A DNA stretch of 64,000 nt, taken from NCBI GenBank assembly GCA_964429855.1, contig CAYSDM010000006.1, forward strand, positions 32,047 through 96,046, read 5' to 3'. Under the pieces are notes generated by a model. The model was not told the DNA's origin, did not search any database, and saw only the letters and a program-made list of their open reading frames with translations. Source of the DNA: an uncultured Chthonomonadaceae bacterium (GTDB lineage: Bacteria; Armatimonadota; Chthonomonadetes; Chthonomonadales; CAJBBX01). Shown piece by piece: positions 36,567-45,289 of this stretch. Every line of letters starts with the position of its first letter. The first letter of the stretch is position 1. The position numbers and the translations under genes are program-made.

Positions 36567-38309
36567 ATGCTGCAAGCTATGTTCGCCGGTGTGAGCGGAC
36601 TTCAGTCCCATCAGGTTCGCATGAACGTCATCGGAAACAACATCGCCAACGTCAATACCGTCGGTTTCAAGGCGGGACGCATCTCTTTCCAGGATCAGCT
36701 ATCGCAGACGCTGCGCGCCGCGGGCGGCGGTTCTAATAACGGTGTGGGCGGTCAGAACCCGGTGCAGGTCGGTCTCGGCGTTACGCTGGGCGCGGTGGAT
36801 ACCCTCCAGACGCAGGGCAACCTGCAGACCACCGGAAAATCCACGGATCTGGCGATCCAGGGAGGCGGTTTCTTCATGGTTACCAACGGGCGAACGATCC
36901 AGTACACCCGTGACGGTAACTTCGATCTGGACAGCAACGGATCGCTGGTCAACCCCGCGACCGGCATGAAACTGCTGGGCTATCAGGCGGATCTGTACGG
37001 CGTCGTGGATAACACCGTTCCCATCACTGCAGGAAGCGCGCTGCAGGTTCCGGTCGGTACGCTGACCGACGCCAAGCAGACCGAAAACATCAACTTTATC
37101 GGCAACCTGAACGCAGGCGCGGCGGTCTACTCGACGAAAGTGGACTTCACGGGCAACCTCGACTCGTCGGCAGTCGCTCCTGTCACCGTTTCGACGATTA
37201 CGACGGTCTATGATGCGCTTGGAAACGCCCATACGGTCGAGACGATCTTCTCCAATCCCGAAGACAATCCGACGGGCGCCAACGTGCCTGCGGGCGCAAC
37301 CAGGGCCTGGAACGTGGTGCTGAAAGTGGACAGCAACACCGTCTATGACAGCAATGCCGGCAAGTCCCGCATCTATCAGACCGGCTCCGGCTGGGTCTTT
37401 GCCGATTCTTCCGGTAATCCGGTCGGCTCCAGCATCGTTCTGGACGGCGGGAGCGGAGCGAACCAGGGACCGGCTGTTCCCGGAACCAGCGGCGCGCCGC
37501 CGGTTACCCTCAACCTCAACTACGCCAGTCTGACCAATAATGCCGCTGCCTCCTCCCTGTCCGGGCTTGCCGACGGGCAGACCGGCTCCAGCCCCTACTG
37601 GGGAACTTCGATCCGGGTCTATGACAGTCTGGGCGTTGGGCATCTGGTCTCCTTCAAGTACTCTCGCGTTCCGATGCAGGATACGCCCACTCCGCCTCTG
37701 GGCGCAACCGCCCGGTGGGACTGGGTCGCCTTTGAGGGCGGAAAGCAGATCGGAAGTTCTGCCGATACCGGCAACACTCCGCTCTTCTTCGGAACCAACG
37801 GGCGGCTGGTAGAGGGCGGCGAGCAGACCATCACCATGACCCCCAACGACGGCTCCGTCAGTCCCTTCAAGGTGAAGCTGAACAACCTGCGGATGACGCA
37901 GCTTGCCAGCGATTCCAACTCGACCGCCGCCTCTCAGAACGGTTATCCGGTCGGCACGCTGCAGAGCTTCACGATCTCTCCGGATGGCGTGATTACTGGA
38001 GTCTTCTCCAGCGGTCAGTCCCGCGCTCTGGGACAGATCGCCATGACCACCTTCTCCAACCCCAGCGGTCTGGAGCGGTTGGGCAATAACCTGTTCCGAA
38101 CCTCCGCTAACTCCGGTGAAGCGCAGGTCGGCGCGCCGGGACAGAGCGGACGCGGAACCATCACGCCCGGTTATCTGGAGATGGCGAACGTGGATCTCTC
38201 TACCGAGTTCACCAACCTGATCATCACGGAGCGCGGCTTCCAGGCAAACACGCGCATTATCTCGATTGTGGACGGCTTGCTTCAGGATGTCATCAATCTG
38301 AAGCGGTAA
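36567..38309 (+). CDS. flgE: Flagellar hook protein FlgE
   Basis: MLQAMFAGVSGLQSHQVRMNVIGNNIANVNTVGFK N-terminus and LIITERGFQANTRIISIVDGLLQDVINLKR C-terminus. GGAGGT RBS. Confidence 0.9.
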   Translation: MLQAMFAGVSGLQSHQVRMNVIGNNIANVNTVGFKAGRISFQDQLSQTLRAAGGGSNNGVGGQNPVQVGLGVTLGAVDTLQTQGNLQTTGKSTDLAIQGGGFFMVTNGRTIQYTRDGNFDLDSNGSLVNPATGMKLLGYQADLYGVVDNTVPITAGSALQVPVGTLTDAKQTENINFIGNLNAGAAVYSTKVDFTGNLDSSAVAPVTVSTITTVYDALGNAHTVETIFSNPEDNPTGANVPAGATRAWNVVLKVDSNTVYDSNAGKSRIYQTGSGWVFADSSGNPVGSSIVLDGGSGANQGPAVPGTSGAPPVTLNLNYASLTNNAAASSLSGLADGQTGSSPYWGTSIRVYDSLGVGHLVSFKYSRVPMQDTPTPPLGATARWDWVAFEGGKQIGSSADTGNTPLFFGTNGRLVEGGEQTITMTPNDGSVSPFKVKLNNLRMTQLASDSNSTAASQNGYPVGTLQSFTISPDGVITGVFSSGQSRALGQIAMTTFSNPSGLERLGNNLFRTSANSGEAQVGAPGQSGRGTITPGYLEMANVDLSTEFTNLIITERGFQANTRIISIVDGLLQDVINLKR

Positions 38310-38324
38310 CAGGCCGCAAACAAC

Positions 38325-38353
38325 AGGGGAGGACGCCCCACCCGTCCTCCCCT
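38325..38353. terminator. GC-rich hairpin between convergent flgE and the ABC ATPase (possible terminator, no strong U-tract)
   Basis: aggggaggac (38325-34) pairs with gtcctcccct (38344-53). Only a weak T-run on either strand. Confidence 0.4.
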
Positions 38354-38380
38354 GGCTCCTCTGATTTGTCGCTCTGCCTC

Positions 38381-39298
38381 TTATTCCGCCTCGATCACCC
38401 GGACAAAAAGCTCCTCCAGCGTTTCACGCTGCGGAATGAGCGCCAGCAGCCGCGTTCCGTTCTGCACCAGCGCGCGGGCGATCTCCGGCACATCCTCCGT
38501 CGAACGCAAATAGACCGTGAGACGGCGCGGCGGCATTCCATGCATCTTAATTTTGGGCGCTATAAGGCGCAGCGCCGCCATGGCCGCCTCGTTCATCTCC
38601 TCCACCTCGATCTCGACCGTCTGCTGAAGCTCCAGTAGGTCCTGCAGGCGGCCGGAGACGGCTACGCGCCCCTGTTTGAGGATAGCTACCTCGTCGCAGG
38701 TCATCTCTATTTCGGAGAGGAGATGCGAATTAAGGAAAAGGGTGCAGCCTTCGCGCTTGAGCGCAAGAATCAGGTCGCGCACATCGCGGCGCCCCAGCGG
38801 GTCGAGAGCGGAGGTCGGTTCGTCAAGGATGATCAGTTCCGGGGCATGGAGAATCGCCTGCGCCAGTCCGAGTCGCTGCTGCATCCCTCGCGAGAAGGAG
38901 GCGATACGATCTCGCGCCCGATCCGCCAGCCCGACCAGTTGCAGCGTCTCCGGGATTCGCGCCGACAACTCCGCGCTCCGCAGCCCGGACAGCGCGCCCA
39001 TCGCCTGCAGGAACTCCTGCGCGCTGAGGAAGGGATAGAAAGTTGTCTTCTCCGGTAAAAAGCCGATCCGCCGCCGCCCCGCCGTCTCTCCGAGCGGTCT
39101 GCCCAGCACCCAGCCCTGCCCTTCGGTAGGGCGCGTGCTGCCGAGAAGCATATTGATGGTGGTCGTTTTGCCCGCGCCGTTGGGACCGAGGAATCCGAAG
39201 ACCGTGCCGCGCTTCACCTGAAGATCGAGCGCATCTACCGCGCACCGGCTCCGAAAACGTTTGGTCAATCGGCGTGTCTCAATAATTGTGTCGCTCAT
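38381..39298 (-). CDS. ABC transporter ATP-binding protein (ABC-2/NatA-like), no adjacent permease
   Basis: Walker A GPNGAGKTT, signature FSRGMQQRLGLA, Walker B LIILDEPTSALD, and a C-terminal accessory domain. Confidence 0.9.
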   Translation of the reverse strand: MSDTIIETRRLTKRFRSRCAVDALDLQVKRGTVFGFLGPNGAGKTTTINMLLGSTRPTEGQGWVLGRPLGETAGRRRIGFLPEKTTFYPFLSAQEFLQAMGALSGLRSAELSARIPETLQLVGLADRARDRIASFSRGMQQRLGLAQAILHAPELIILDEPTSALDPLGRRDVRDLILALKREGCTLFLNSHLLSEIEMTCDEVAILKQGRVAVSGRLQDLLELQQTVEIEVEEMNEAAMAALRLIAPKIKMHGMPPRRLTVYLRSTEDVPEIARALVQNGTRLLALIPQRETLEELFVRVIEAE

Positions 39299-39382
39299 GC
39301 CCTCTGATTGCCTGCCTGAGCGCGAGATTCCTGCCGCGGGCCGCGTTGTTTCCGCCGGAATAGCTGCGTGACATAATGGAGA

Positions 39383-41599
39383 TTACCTCCCGGCGCGGTT
39401 GGCGAAGCGGCGATAGCTTGCCTGAATCTCTGATGCGGACAGGGCGCGGCGATAGAGTTTCACCTCATCCAACAGACCGGTGAAATAGGCGATATGTCCC
39501 GCCTCATAGGTTCCCAGAGTCAGCGGGAAGGCGTTGGCGTGGATGGGACCGGGGCGGTCCATCGCGCCACACTCTTCGCCATCCATATAGAGGCGCATCG
39601 TTTTGCCGTCAAAGGTTCCGGCAAGATGCACCCACCGTCCGGTTGGAAGGAGCTTGCTGCCTGTCAGATGGTGGCTCCAGTCGGTAAAAGGAACCTCAAA
39701 ACAGGGCTTACCCTCCAGCACGCCCAGACGGTAGCCCGTGTTAATGCCGCCGGAGTAGACGCGATTGATGATCCAGCGGTTGTCCTGTCCGGCGAGATCC
39801 GTCTTCACCCAGCACTCCAGGGTCAGGGCGTCGGTCGGAGAGAGCAGCGCGTTATACTCCACCACCATGCCGCCGCCGTTACAGACGAGGGCATTTCCCT
39901 CCAGACCCGGCGCGCGCGTGGCTTTCATTAATGTGCCGCCCAGCCGGTTGCCGGAGTAGTCGTAGCCGACCGGATTCTCCTGCTCCTCATCGAATGCCCA
40001 CCACCCGATTAAACCGGGGGCGTCCGAGCCGGGCTTACGCATCGGCTTCGCCGCCTGACGACGCAACTGTTCCTTTCGCTCCGCCTGTCTTCGATAGGCG
40101 GTGTCGTAGGGACCCATGCCGATATCTTCCGGCAGCAGATCCAGATGCTTTTCAGGAGCCGCCGAAAAGACCCGGCGAACCGCGTCCAGATAGCCAAAAC
40201 CGTACTCCCGATAGGGCGCGATATAGTGCCCCTCTCCCCACTCGTTCCAGTTGTCCAGCAGCAGCATCTTGCTGCCTATCTCCTGTGGCGGCAGGGTCTC
40301 GACAAACTCTTTCGCCTGCCGGAGAAGCCGCTCGAAGTCGGTCGGCGGAATCTTCCAGATCGTCCCCTCATCCGCCCAACCGCTCCATGCCTGTGAAACG
40401 GTCACCACCTGCGGCAGAATGCCGAGGGATTGCGTGGCGCGGATGTACTGCATCTGCGCCTGAATGGACTGTTCGGGAGTCGGGTTATTGGGGACATACC
40501 AGCAGTAGGCGAAGGTGTAGTCCAGCCCCAGGCTCTTCATCAGACGCAGGTGCGCGGGGTCAAAGCCCCGGTACTCTCCCAGCAGATACAGCCCGTCAAA
40601 TCCCGCCTCTTTACAGGCTTGCCGCATCTTATCGAAGGCGCGAACGACGTTTTCCACGCTGCCCAGATCGTCAATGAGAAACTCCGGACGGTAGATGAAC
40701 AGCACCGGCTTATTGTCCACTTTGAGATAGTTTGGGCGCGTGAAGTAGTTTTTAATCCAGAAGGGGAGCAGGTTGGTCATCAGGTCTTTTTCGTCCGCGA
40801 CCCCCGCCACGCCCCGCGCCTGGTTCTCCCACATGATGGTGAACTTCATCTGATCGCCGTACTTCGATTTGAACAGGGCGTCATGAATGGCGCTGCTGAA
40901 CCGGGTGATGACCGGCTCTCCCTGCGAGGCGCGATACCAGCAGTAGATAAAAAAGGAGACGCCGTGTTCGAGCGCCCACTTCGTCTCCCAGTCCGCCACT
41001 TCCGGGTTCTCCTGACCGTAGAAGCCCAGCGCCGGAGTCCGTTCGGGATGCTTGAGAATCTGCGACCACATTCCGGGCTGATCCGATTCCCAGAGCGGGC
41101 AGTTATGCGCGCCGATGAGCAGCGAGGTTTTCACTGGCGCAGGAGGCGGGATATAGGACTGTTTGCTCGTTTCAACCGCCGGAAGAAAGTTGATCCAGAG
41201 CGAGGCGTCGGCGATGGTCGCATTATTGAGCTTCACTTCCAGCTTCAGGTCACCCGCCGTCGGCTGATCCGCCTGAAGCCTCCAGATGAGAGTCCGTTCC
41301 TCGTCGCCGGACATCCGTAGGGCAGGGCGCGCCAAAGGAGCGACGCTCTTCACGCCAGGCGGCAGATGCAGTTCCAGAGACAGGGAGGCGGGAGCCGAGT
41401 CGAGGTTTTGCAGCGTTACGGTAAGAGTGAGTGGTCGGTTCACGCGCCCCAGAGGACGGTCAACGTTCAGATGGTGAATGCGAATCATGGAACTCTTTCC
41501 TCCCGGAGCGACCGATTGCGGTCTGTCTGCGCGGCGGCTGATCCCTGCGCCTGCTAAGAGGAGCGCCGCTATCACACTCCACTGTAAGAGAGTCTGCAT
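39383..41599 (-). CDS. Secreted multidomain protein: CARDB-like beta-sandwich + WbsX/GH99-like domain + C-terminal LamG (concanavalin-like) domain
   Basis: Signal peptide. DNWNEWGEGHYIAPY...YLDAVRRVF parallels NAWNEWTEGSYLLPD...YLEAIREVF of the WbsX-like ORF at 54155. The C-terminus (ALTLECWVK...GRWVHLAGTFDGKTMRLYMDGE) is Laminin_G_3-like. Confidence 0.7.
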   Translation of the reverse strand: MQTLLQWSVIAALLLAGAGISRRADRPQSVAPGGKSSMIRIHHLNVDRPLGRVNRPLTLTVTLQNLDSAPASLSLELHLPPGVKSVAPLARPALRMSGDEERTLIWRLQADQPTAGDLKLEVKLNNATIADASLWINFLPAVETSKQSYIPPPAPVKTSLLIGAHNCPLWESDQPGMWSQILKHPERTPALGFYGQENPEVADWETKWALEHGVSFFIYCWYRASQGEPVITRFSSAIHDALFKSKYGDQMKFTIMWENQARGVAGVADEKDLMTNLLPFWIKNYFTRPNYLKVDNKPVLFIYRPEFLIDDLGSVENVVRAFDKMRQACKEAGFDGLYLLGEYRGFDPAHLRLMKSLGLDYTFAYCWYVPNNPTPEQSIQAQMQYIRATQSLGILPQVVTVSQAWSGWADEGTIWKIPPTDFERLLRQAKEFVETLPPQEIGSKMLLLDNWNEWGEGHYIAPYREYGFGYLDAVRRVFSAAPEKHLDLLPEDIGMGPYDTAYRRQAERKEQLRRQAAKPMRKPGSDAPGLIGWWAFDEEQENPVGYDYSGNRLGGTLMKATRAPGLEGNALVCNGGGMVVEYNALLSPTDALTLECWVKTDLAGQDNRWIINRVYSGGINTGYRLGVLEGKPCFEVPFTDWSHHLTGSKLLPTGRWVHLAGTFDGKTMRLYMDGEECGAMDRPGPIHANAFPLTLGTYEAGHIAYFTGLLDEVKLYRRALSASEIQASYRRFANRAGR

Positions 41600-41768
41600 C
41601 GTCTAATCTCCTTCCTGTCTGCGGAAACGACACTTACATGTCCTCCATTGTCGCCGCTTTTTCCTGTCGCCGCATGTCATCCGTGGAAGGAATGCGCGAT
41701 GAAGACAGGGAACTCTCCTCTCGCTTCTCTCTGAGGAAGAAAAGACACCACGGGAAACATCCGAAACA

Positions 41769-42272
41769 ATGAAGCTAAAGCTGGATCTGCACCCGATATA
41801 CAACGACTCCGACCGTATCGAGGAGGCGCTGCAGGGGATCCTGCAGGAGGCTGTGACAAAACGCGCCTCAGAGGTGGAGATCATTCCCGGCAAAGGTTCC
41901 GGCGCGCTCAAGAAGTCGGTGCTGCGTTTCCTGAACCGTCCCGACATCAAGGCGCTCTACCACAGGGTGGAGAAGGATGGCGACAACTGGGGACGGCTCT
42001 TTGTTCACTATCGTCACGAGCGACCCGACCCGTCCGCGAAGCCGAAACCCGCTCCCGATGCGGCTGTTCTTTCGACGGTTTGCGGAGCCTGCGGCGACCC
42101 GATCTTCGTGCCGGAGCCGGAGGACGATGCCGGAGTCCTTGTCGGCGTCGCCTGTCCCTGGTGCGGCTCTCCCCATCGTGTCGCCTATCGCCGCGGGCAG
42201 CGCGGAGGCTGGCGCATCACGGCGGAACTCGACTACGGGGAGTTCTCGTCCGGGTCGGTCGGGGAGACGTAG
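41769..42272 (+). CDS. Stand-alone Smr-domain protein with C-terminal CxxC...CxxC zinc-ribbon-like tail
   Basis: LDLHP...EVEIIPGKGSGALKKSVLRFL follows the Smr LDLHG...IIHGKGxGxL pattern, with G-to-P and H-to-P substitutions. The tail has VCGACG and CPWCG. Confidence 0.7.
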   Translation: MKLKLDLHPIYNDSDRIEEALQGILQEAVTKRASEVEIIPGKGSGALKKSVLRFLNRPDIKALYHRVEKDGDNWGRLFVHYRHERPDPSAKPKPAPDAAVLSTVCGACGDPIFVPEPEDDAGVLVGVACPWCGSPHRVAYRRGQRGGWRITAELDYGEFSSGSVGET

Positions 42273-43978
42273 ATCGTCTTTTCATTCTGGTAGAGGACAG
42301 TTCCCGGCGCGGCTCCGCGCGGTTTGCGGACATATTTCTTGAGAGTGTAGTCCACCGGAACCAGCGAGGAGTGTTTGGAAGCGCTGTTGCGGGCGGCGAG
42401 GAGCGCGGCGCGGCGGATCACGGTGACCGGTACGGAGTCCGGTCGGTTCTGCGTGCGGATCACCACATGGGCGCTGGCGGCGGCGCGCACATGCAGCCAC
42501 AGGTCGTTGGGGGAAGCGACGCGCCCGGTCAGATAGTCGTTCGCCTCGCTGTTTTCGCCAACGTAGATCGTAAAGCCCTCCGGCGTGAAGACGGCGCGTA
42601 TCTTTTTGCCCTGAAAATCGGGAGCGCGTCGGGCAGGTTCGGTCGGCTCGGACGGCGCGGCTTCGGCACGCAGCAAACCCGCAACAACCATCTCTTCCCG
42701 CAGGGCGCGAAGCTCCTCGATATGGCGCGCCTCGCGCAGTCGCGTCTGCGCGGCGTAGAGCGCGCGCAGATCCTCTTCGGCGCGTTCTAACTGCGCCTGC
42801 TGACGCTCTCTGCCATCTCGTGCCCTGCGATAGCGTCGAAAAAAGGCTTCGGCGTTCTCCTGTGGCGACAGGTCGGGATCGAGAGTCAGCGCGCGTTCGG
42901 GCATCGCCGGATCGAAGTAGTCCGTCACCGTCACCGAATCCCCCCCGGACTCAATGCGGTAGAGATTCGCCAGGATCAGTTCTCCGGTCTGCCGGTACTC
43001 CTCCGCGCGCGCCGACTCCTCCAGAGAGCGCGCCAGCGACTCGCGCATCCGCAATCGGGAGCGAACCGCGCGCTCCAGCAGCGTCTGCATCTCATGCCGC
43101 AGCGAGTCCAGCGCGGCGCGGGGAAGCGCGGTGCTGTAGTAGTGGTCCAGCGCCAGATGAATGCTGTCGCGCGGGTTCTGCGATTCGGCGGATGCCTGTA
43201 CAGTCGAAAACGGATAGGCTCCGATGATCTCTGCGCGCTCATTGCGAATCACCACCGGTTCCCACTCGCCGCGCCGCGCTGCGCCGATCAGTTCGTCCCA
43301 CGCCTCCGGCAGCGATCTGAGCGCGCCGCGCCGCGCAATCTCCGTTGCCAGAAAGGGAGATAGACCGAGAAACCGTCCCATCAGTCGGGCGGACAGCCCC
43401 TCCTCCTCCGGGGAACCGAAGGAGGCGAATTCGGCGATCTCCGTCGGCGTGGCGGTCAGCGGATCGGCGCGCTCCGCGGGAATCGGAGGCGAGACATAGG
43501 GCAGTCCCGGCAGAATTTCACGCACACGATTGATCCTGCGGGTCACGCGCCGCGCCGAGTCCAGGATGGTTCGCGCCTCATTCACCAGAATCAGGTTGCT
43601 GTGTTTGCCCATCAACTCGGCGATCAGCAAATAGCGGGAACCGTCGGGAAACTGCACGGTGATATCCAGAATCCGGTCAAAACCGCGCTGTGCGACGGCC
43701 GCCACATAGCCGCCTTCGAGATATTTGCGGCAAAGCATACAGAAGGCGGGAGGCGATGGCGGATTCGGTCGGCGGACATGGGTCAGATGAGCGCGGGCAA
43801 AGACCGGATCACAGGAGAGCGTCAGCGCATGGTTGGCTCCGTGATGACGAACGGTCAGAATCAGATCGGCGGCGGAGGGTTGCGCGATATGCTGCACTGC
43901 GCCTCCGACCACCGTGCGCTGAAGCTCATCGCTGACCGCCCGCAGGGTCAGACTATCGAAGGGAACACGTATCGGCAT
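42233..43978 (-). CDS. rqcH: Ribosome quality-control protein RqcH (NFACT / FbpA-DUF814 family)
   Basis: NFACT-N N-terminus (MPIRVPFDSLTLRAVSDEL...), central coiled coil, and a DUF814 block IYVGENSEANDYLT...DLWLHVRAAASAHVVI. The ATG at 43978 is preferred over the TTG at 44014. Confidence 0.85.
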   Translation of the reverse strand: MPIRVPFDSLTLRAVSDELQRTVVGGAVQHIAQPSAADLILTVRHHGANHALTLSCDPVFARAHLTHVRRPNPPSPPAFCMLCRKYLEGGYVAAVAQRGFDRILDITVQFPDGSRYLLIAELMGKHSNLILVNEARTILDSARRVTRRINRVREILPGLPYVSPPIPAERADPLTATPTEIAEFASFGSPEEEGLSARLMGRFLGLSPFLATEIARRGALRSLPEAWDELIGAARRGEWEPVVIRNERAEIIGAYPFSTVQASAESQNPRDSIHLALDHYYSTALPRAALDSLRHEMQTLLERAVRSRLRMRESLARSLEESARAEEYRQTGELILANLYRIESGGDSVTVTDYFDPAMPERALTLDPDLSPQENAEAFFRRYRRARDGRERQQAQLERAEEDLRALYAAQTRLREARHIEELRALREEMVVAGLLRAEAAPSEPTEPARRAPDFQGKKIRAVFTPEGFTIYVGENSEANDYLTGRVASPNDLWLHVRAAASAHVVIRTQNRPDSVPVTVIRRAALLAARNSASKHSSLVPVDYTLKKYVRKPRGAAPGTVLYQNEKTIYVSPTDPDENSP

Positions 43979-44089
43979 GAGGTCTATTGTACGGGAAAGT
44001 CGGCGCAACGTCAAACAGGACTCGCAGAATCGAGGCGCGAATGTAGGAACGTTGGATGGAAAACACCACTCTCAGATGAGGAGAAACCC

Positions 44090-45181
44090 GTGAACAGAGC
44101 AGAGTCTGAGCTACAAGCCTGGGGCAGGCGCTGGAAATTGACGCTGCCCGAAGCGTTCCTGCGCGTCTACGCGGCGCAGCCAGACCCCGTCTTCGGACCG
44201 TGCGCCTTCCTGTTGCCCGAAGAGGTTGAGTCCGATGATGCGCGCTGGTGCGGGATGATCCCGCAGTTTCTACCCTTCGGACATGACGGCGACAGCGGGA
44301 TATACGGTTTCTACTCGCTGCCGGGACTGTCGGGAGCGGAGTGCCCGATTCTGTTCTACGACGGAGAGGGAGAGTGCTACTTTCCGCTGGCTTCCAACTT
44401 CGACCGCTTCCTGCGCTGGTGCGCCATCGCCGGACGCTATGAGGAGCAGGATATCGAGGATGAGGATGTCTGGGTCTTCTCAGAGGCGGAGGCGCGCCGA
44501 CTGGGAATCGAAGAGGAGATACTTCAGAAGCCGATACCCCGTAATGAACGGGAGTTCTATGAGCAGCTTATCGCTGTAGACCCGCTCAGCCCATTCACTC
44601 TGGTCAGCAGCGGATGCATTCACTGGATGCGCGGGAATACGGAGCCTGCCCGCGACCTTTTCACCCGCGCCGCGCATATCGCTCCCTGGTATGCCGATCC
44701 GTTCTTCTTCCTGGGAGAGATGGAGGCGGCGGCGCAGCGTCTCGACCAGGCGATACCGTTCTGGTGGCAGGCGGCGCGGGGGCTGTTGGACCTCTCCACC
44801 TCGACTGACCACTTTGAGATGAGCGAGGAGTTTATGGGGCGTCAGCTCTATGGGCTGGCGGCGGAGCGGCTGGTAGATGTGCGCGAACTGATTCCGCCTG
44901 AGCTAAGCCGCTCTCCCTTCGGTCATCTGCTGCTGGAAGAGGATCCCTATGAGGCTCCTGCCCGGATCAATCTGGGTAACGACTACCGGAGGGAAGGCGA
45001 TATGGCGGAGGCGGAACGGCAGTATCTGAACGCGCTGCCCCTGGCGATGGATGAGCGGCAGTATGTCGCCGCCTACGAGTCGCTGATCGCCTTTTACGAT
45101 CAGGAGGGGCGGGACCGCGACGCGGCTCTGTGCCGGATAGACCTTCCGCTCTGTCTGGAGGAGGAAGAGGAAGAGGAGTAG
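44090..45181 (+). CDS. SMI1/KNR4 (SUKH-1)-like protein with helical-repeat C-terminus and poly-Glu tail
   Basis: GAGGAG RBS 6 nt before GTG 44090. LPEAFLRVYA...FLPFGHDGDSGIYGFY fits the SUKH pattern. The C-terminal half is TPR-like and the protein ends in EEEEEEE. Confidence 0.55.
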   Translation: MNRAESELQAWGRRWKLTLPEAFLRVYAAQPDPVFGPCAFLLPEEVESDDARWCGMIPQFLPFGHDGDSGIYGFYSLPGLSGAECPILFYDGEGECYFPLASNFDRFLRWCAIAGRYEEQDIEDEDVWVFSEAEARRLGIEEEILQKPIPRNEREFYEQLIAVDPLSPFTLVSSGCIHWMRGNTEPARDLFTRAAHIAPWYADPFFFLGEMEAAAQRLDQAIPFWWQAARGLLDLSTSTDHFEMSEEFMGRQLYGLAAERLVDVRELIPPELSRSPFGHLLLEEDPYEAPARINLGNDYRREGDMAEAERQYLNALPLAMDERQYVAAYESLIAFYDQEGRDRDAALCRIDLPLCLEEEEEEE

Positions 45182-45205
45182 AGGCGGCTCTACGATCCGG
45201 TTAGG

Positions 45206-45289
45206 GCGCAATCGTCCGCGCCTATAGCGCAATCGTCCGCGCCTATAGCGCAATCGTCCGCGCCTATAGCGCAATCGTCCGCGCCTATA
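45206..45289. repeat. Perfect 4 x 21 bp tandem direct repeat (GCGCAATCGTCCGCGCCTATA)
   Basis: Units at 45206, 45227, 45248 and 45269 are identical. It is intergenic between convergent genes, and the last unit supplies the TAG stop of the minus-strand gene. Confidence 0.95.

Noticed and set aside
43601-44089. 5' extension of the SUKH-like ORF (the track gives 526 aa from 43601)
   Set aside because: The extension is antisense to the rqcH N-terminus and has shadow-frame composition. A GAGGAG RBS precedes the GTG at 44090.
44903-45274. 123-aa minus ORF beginning MRYRRGRLRYRRGRLRYRRGRL
   Set aside because: Its repetitive N-terminus is simply the 21-bp tandem DNA repeat read in frame. The remainder is antisense to the SUKH-like gene.
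45206-45289. Possible CRISPR array
   Set aside because: The repeat units are directly adjacent with no spacers, are only 21 bp long, and no cas genes are present. This is a tandem repeat, not a CRISPR array.
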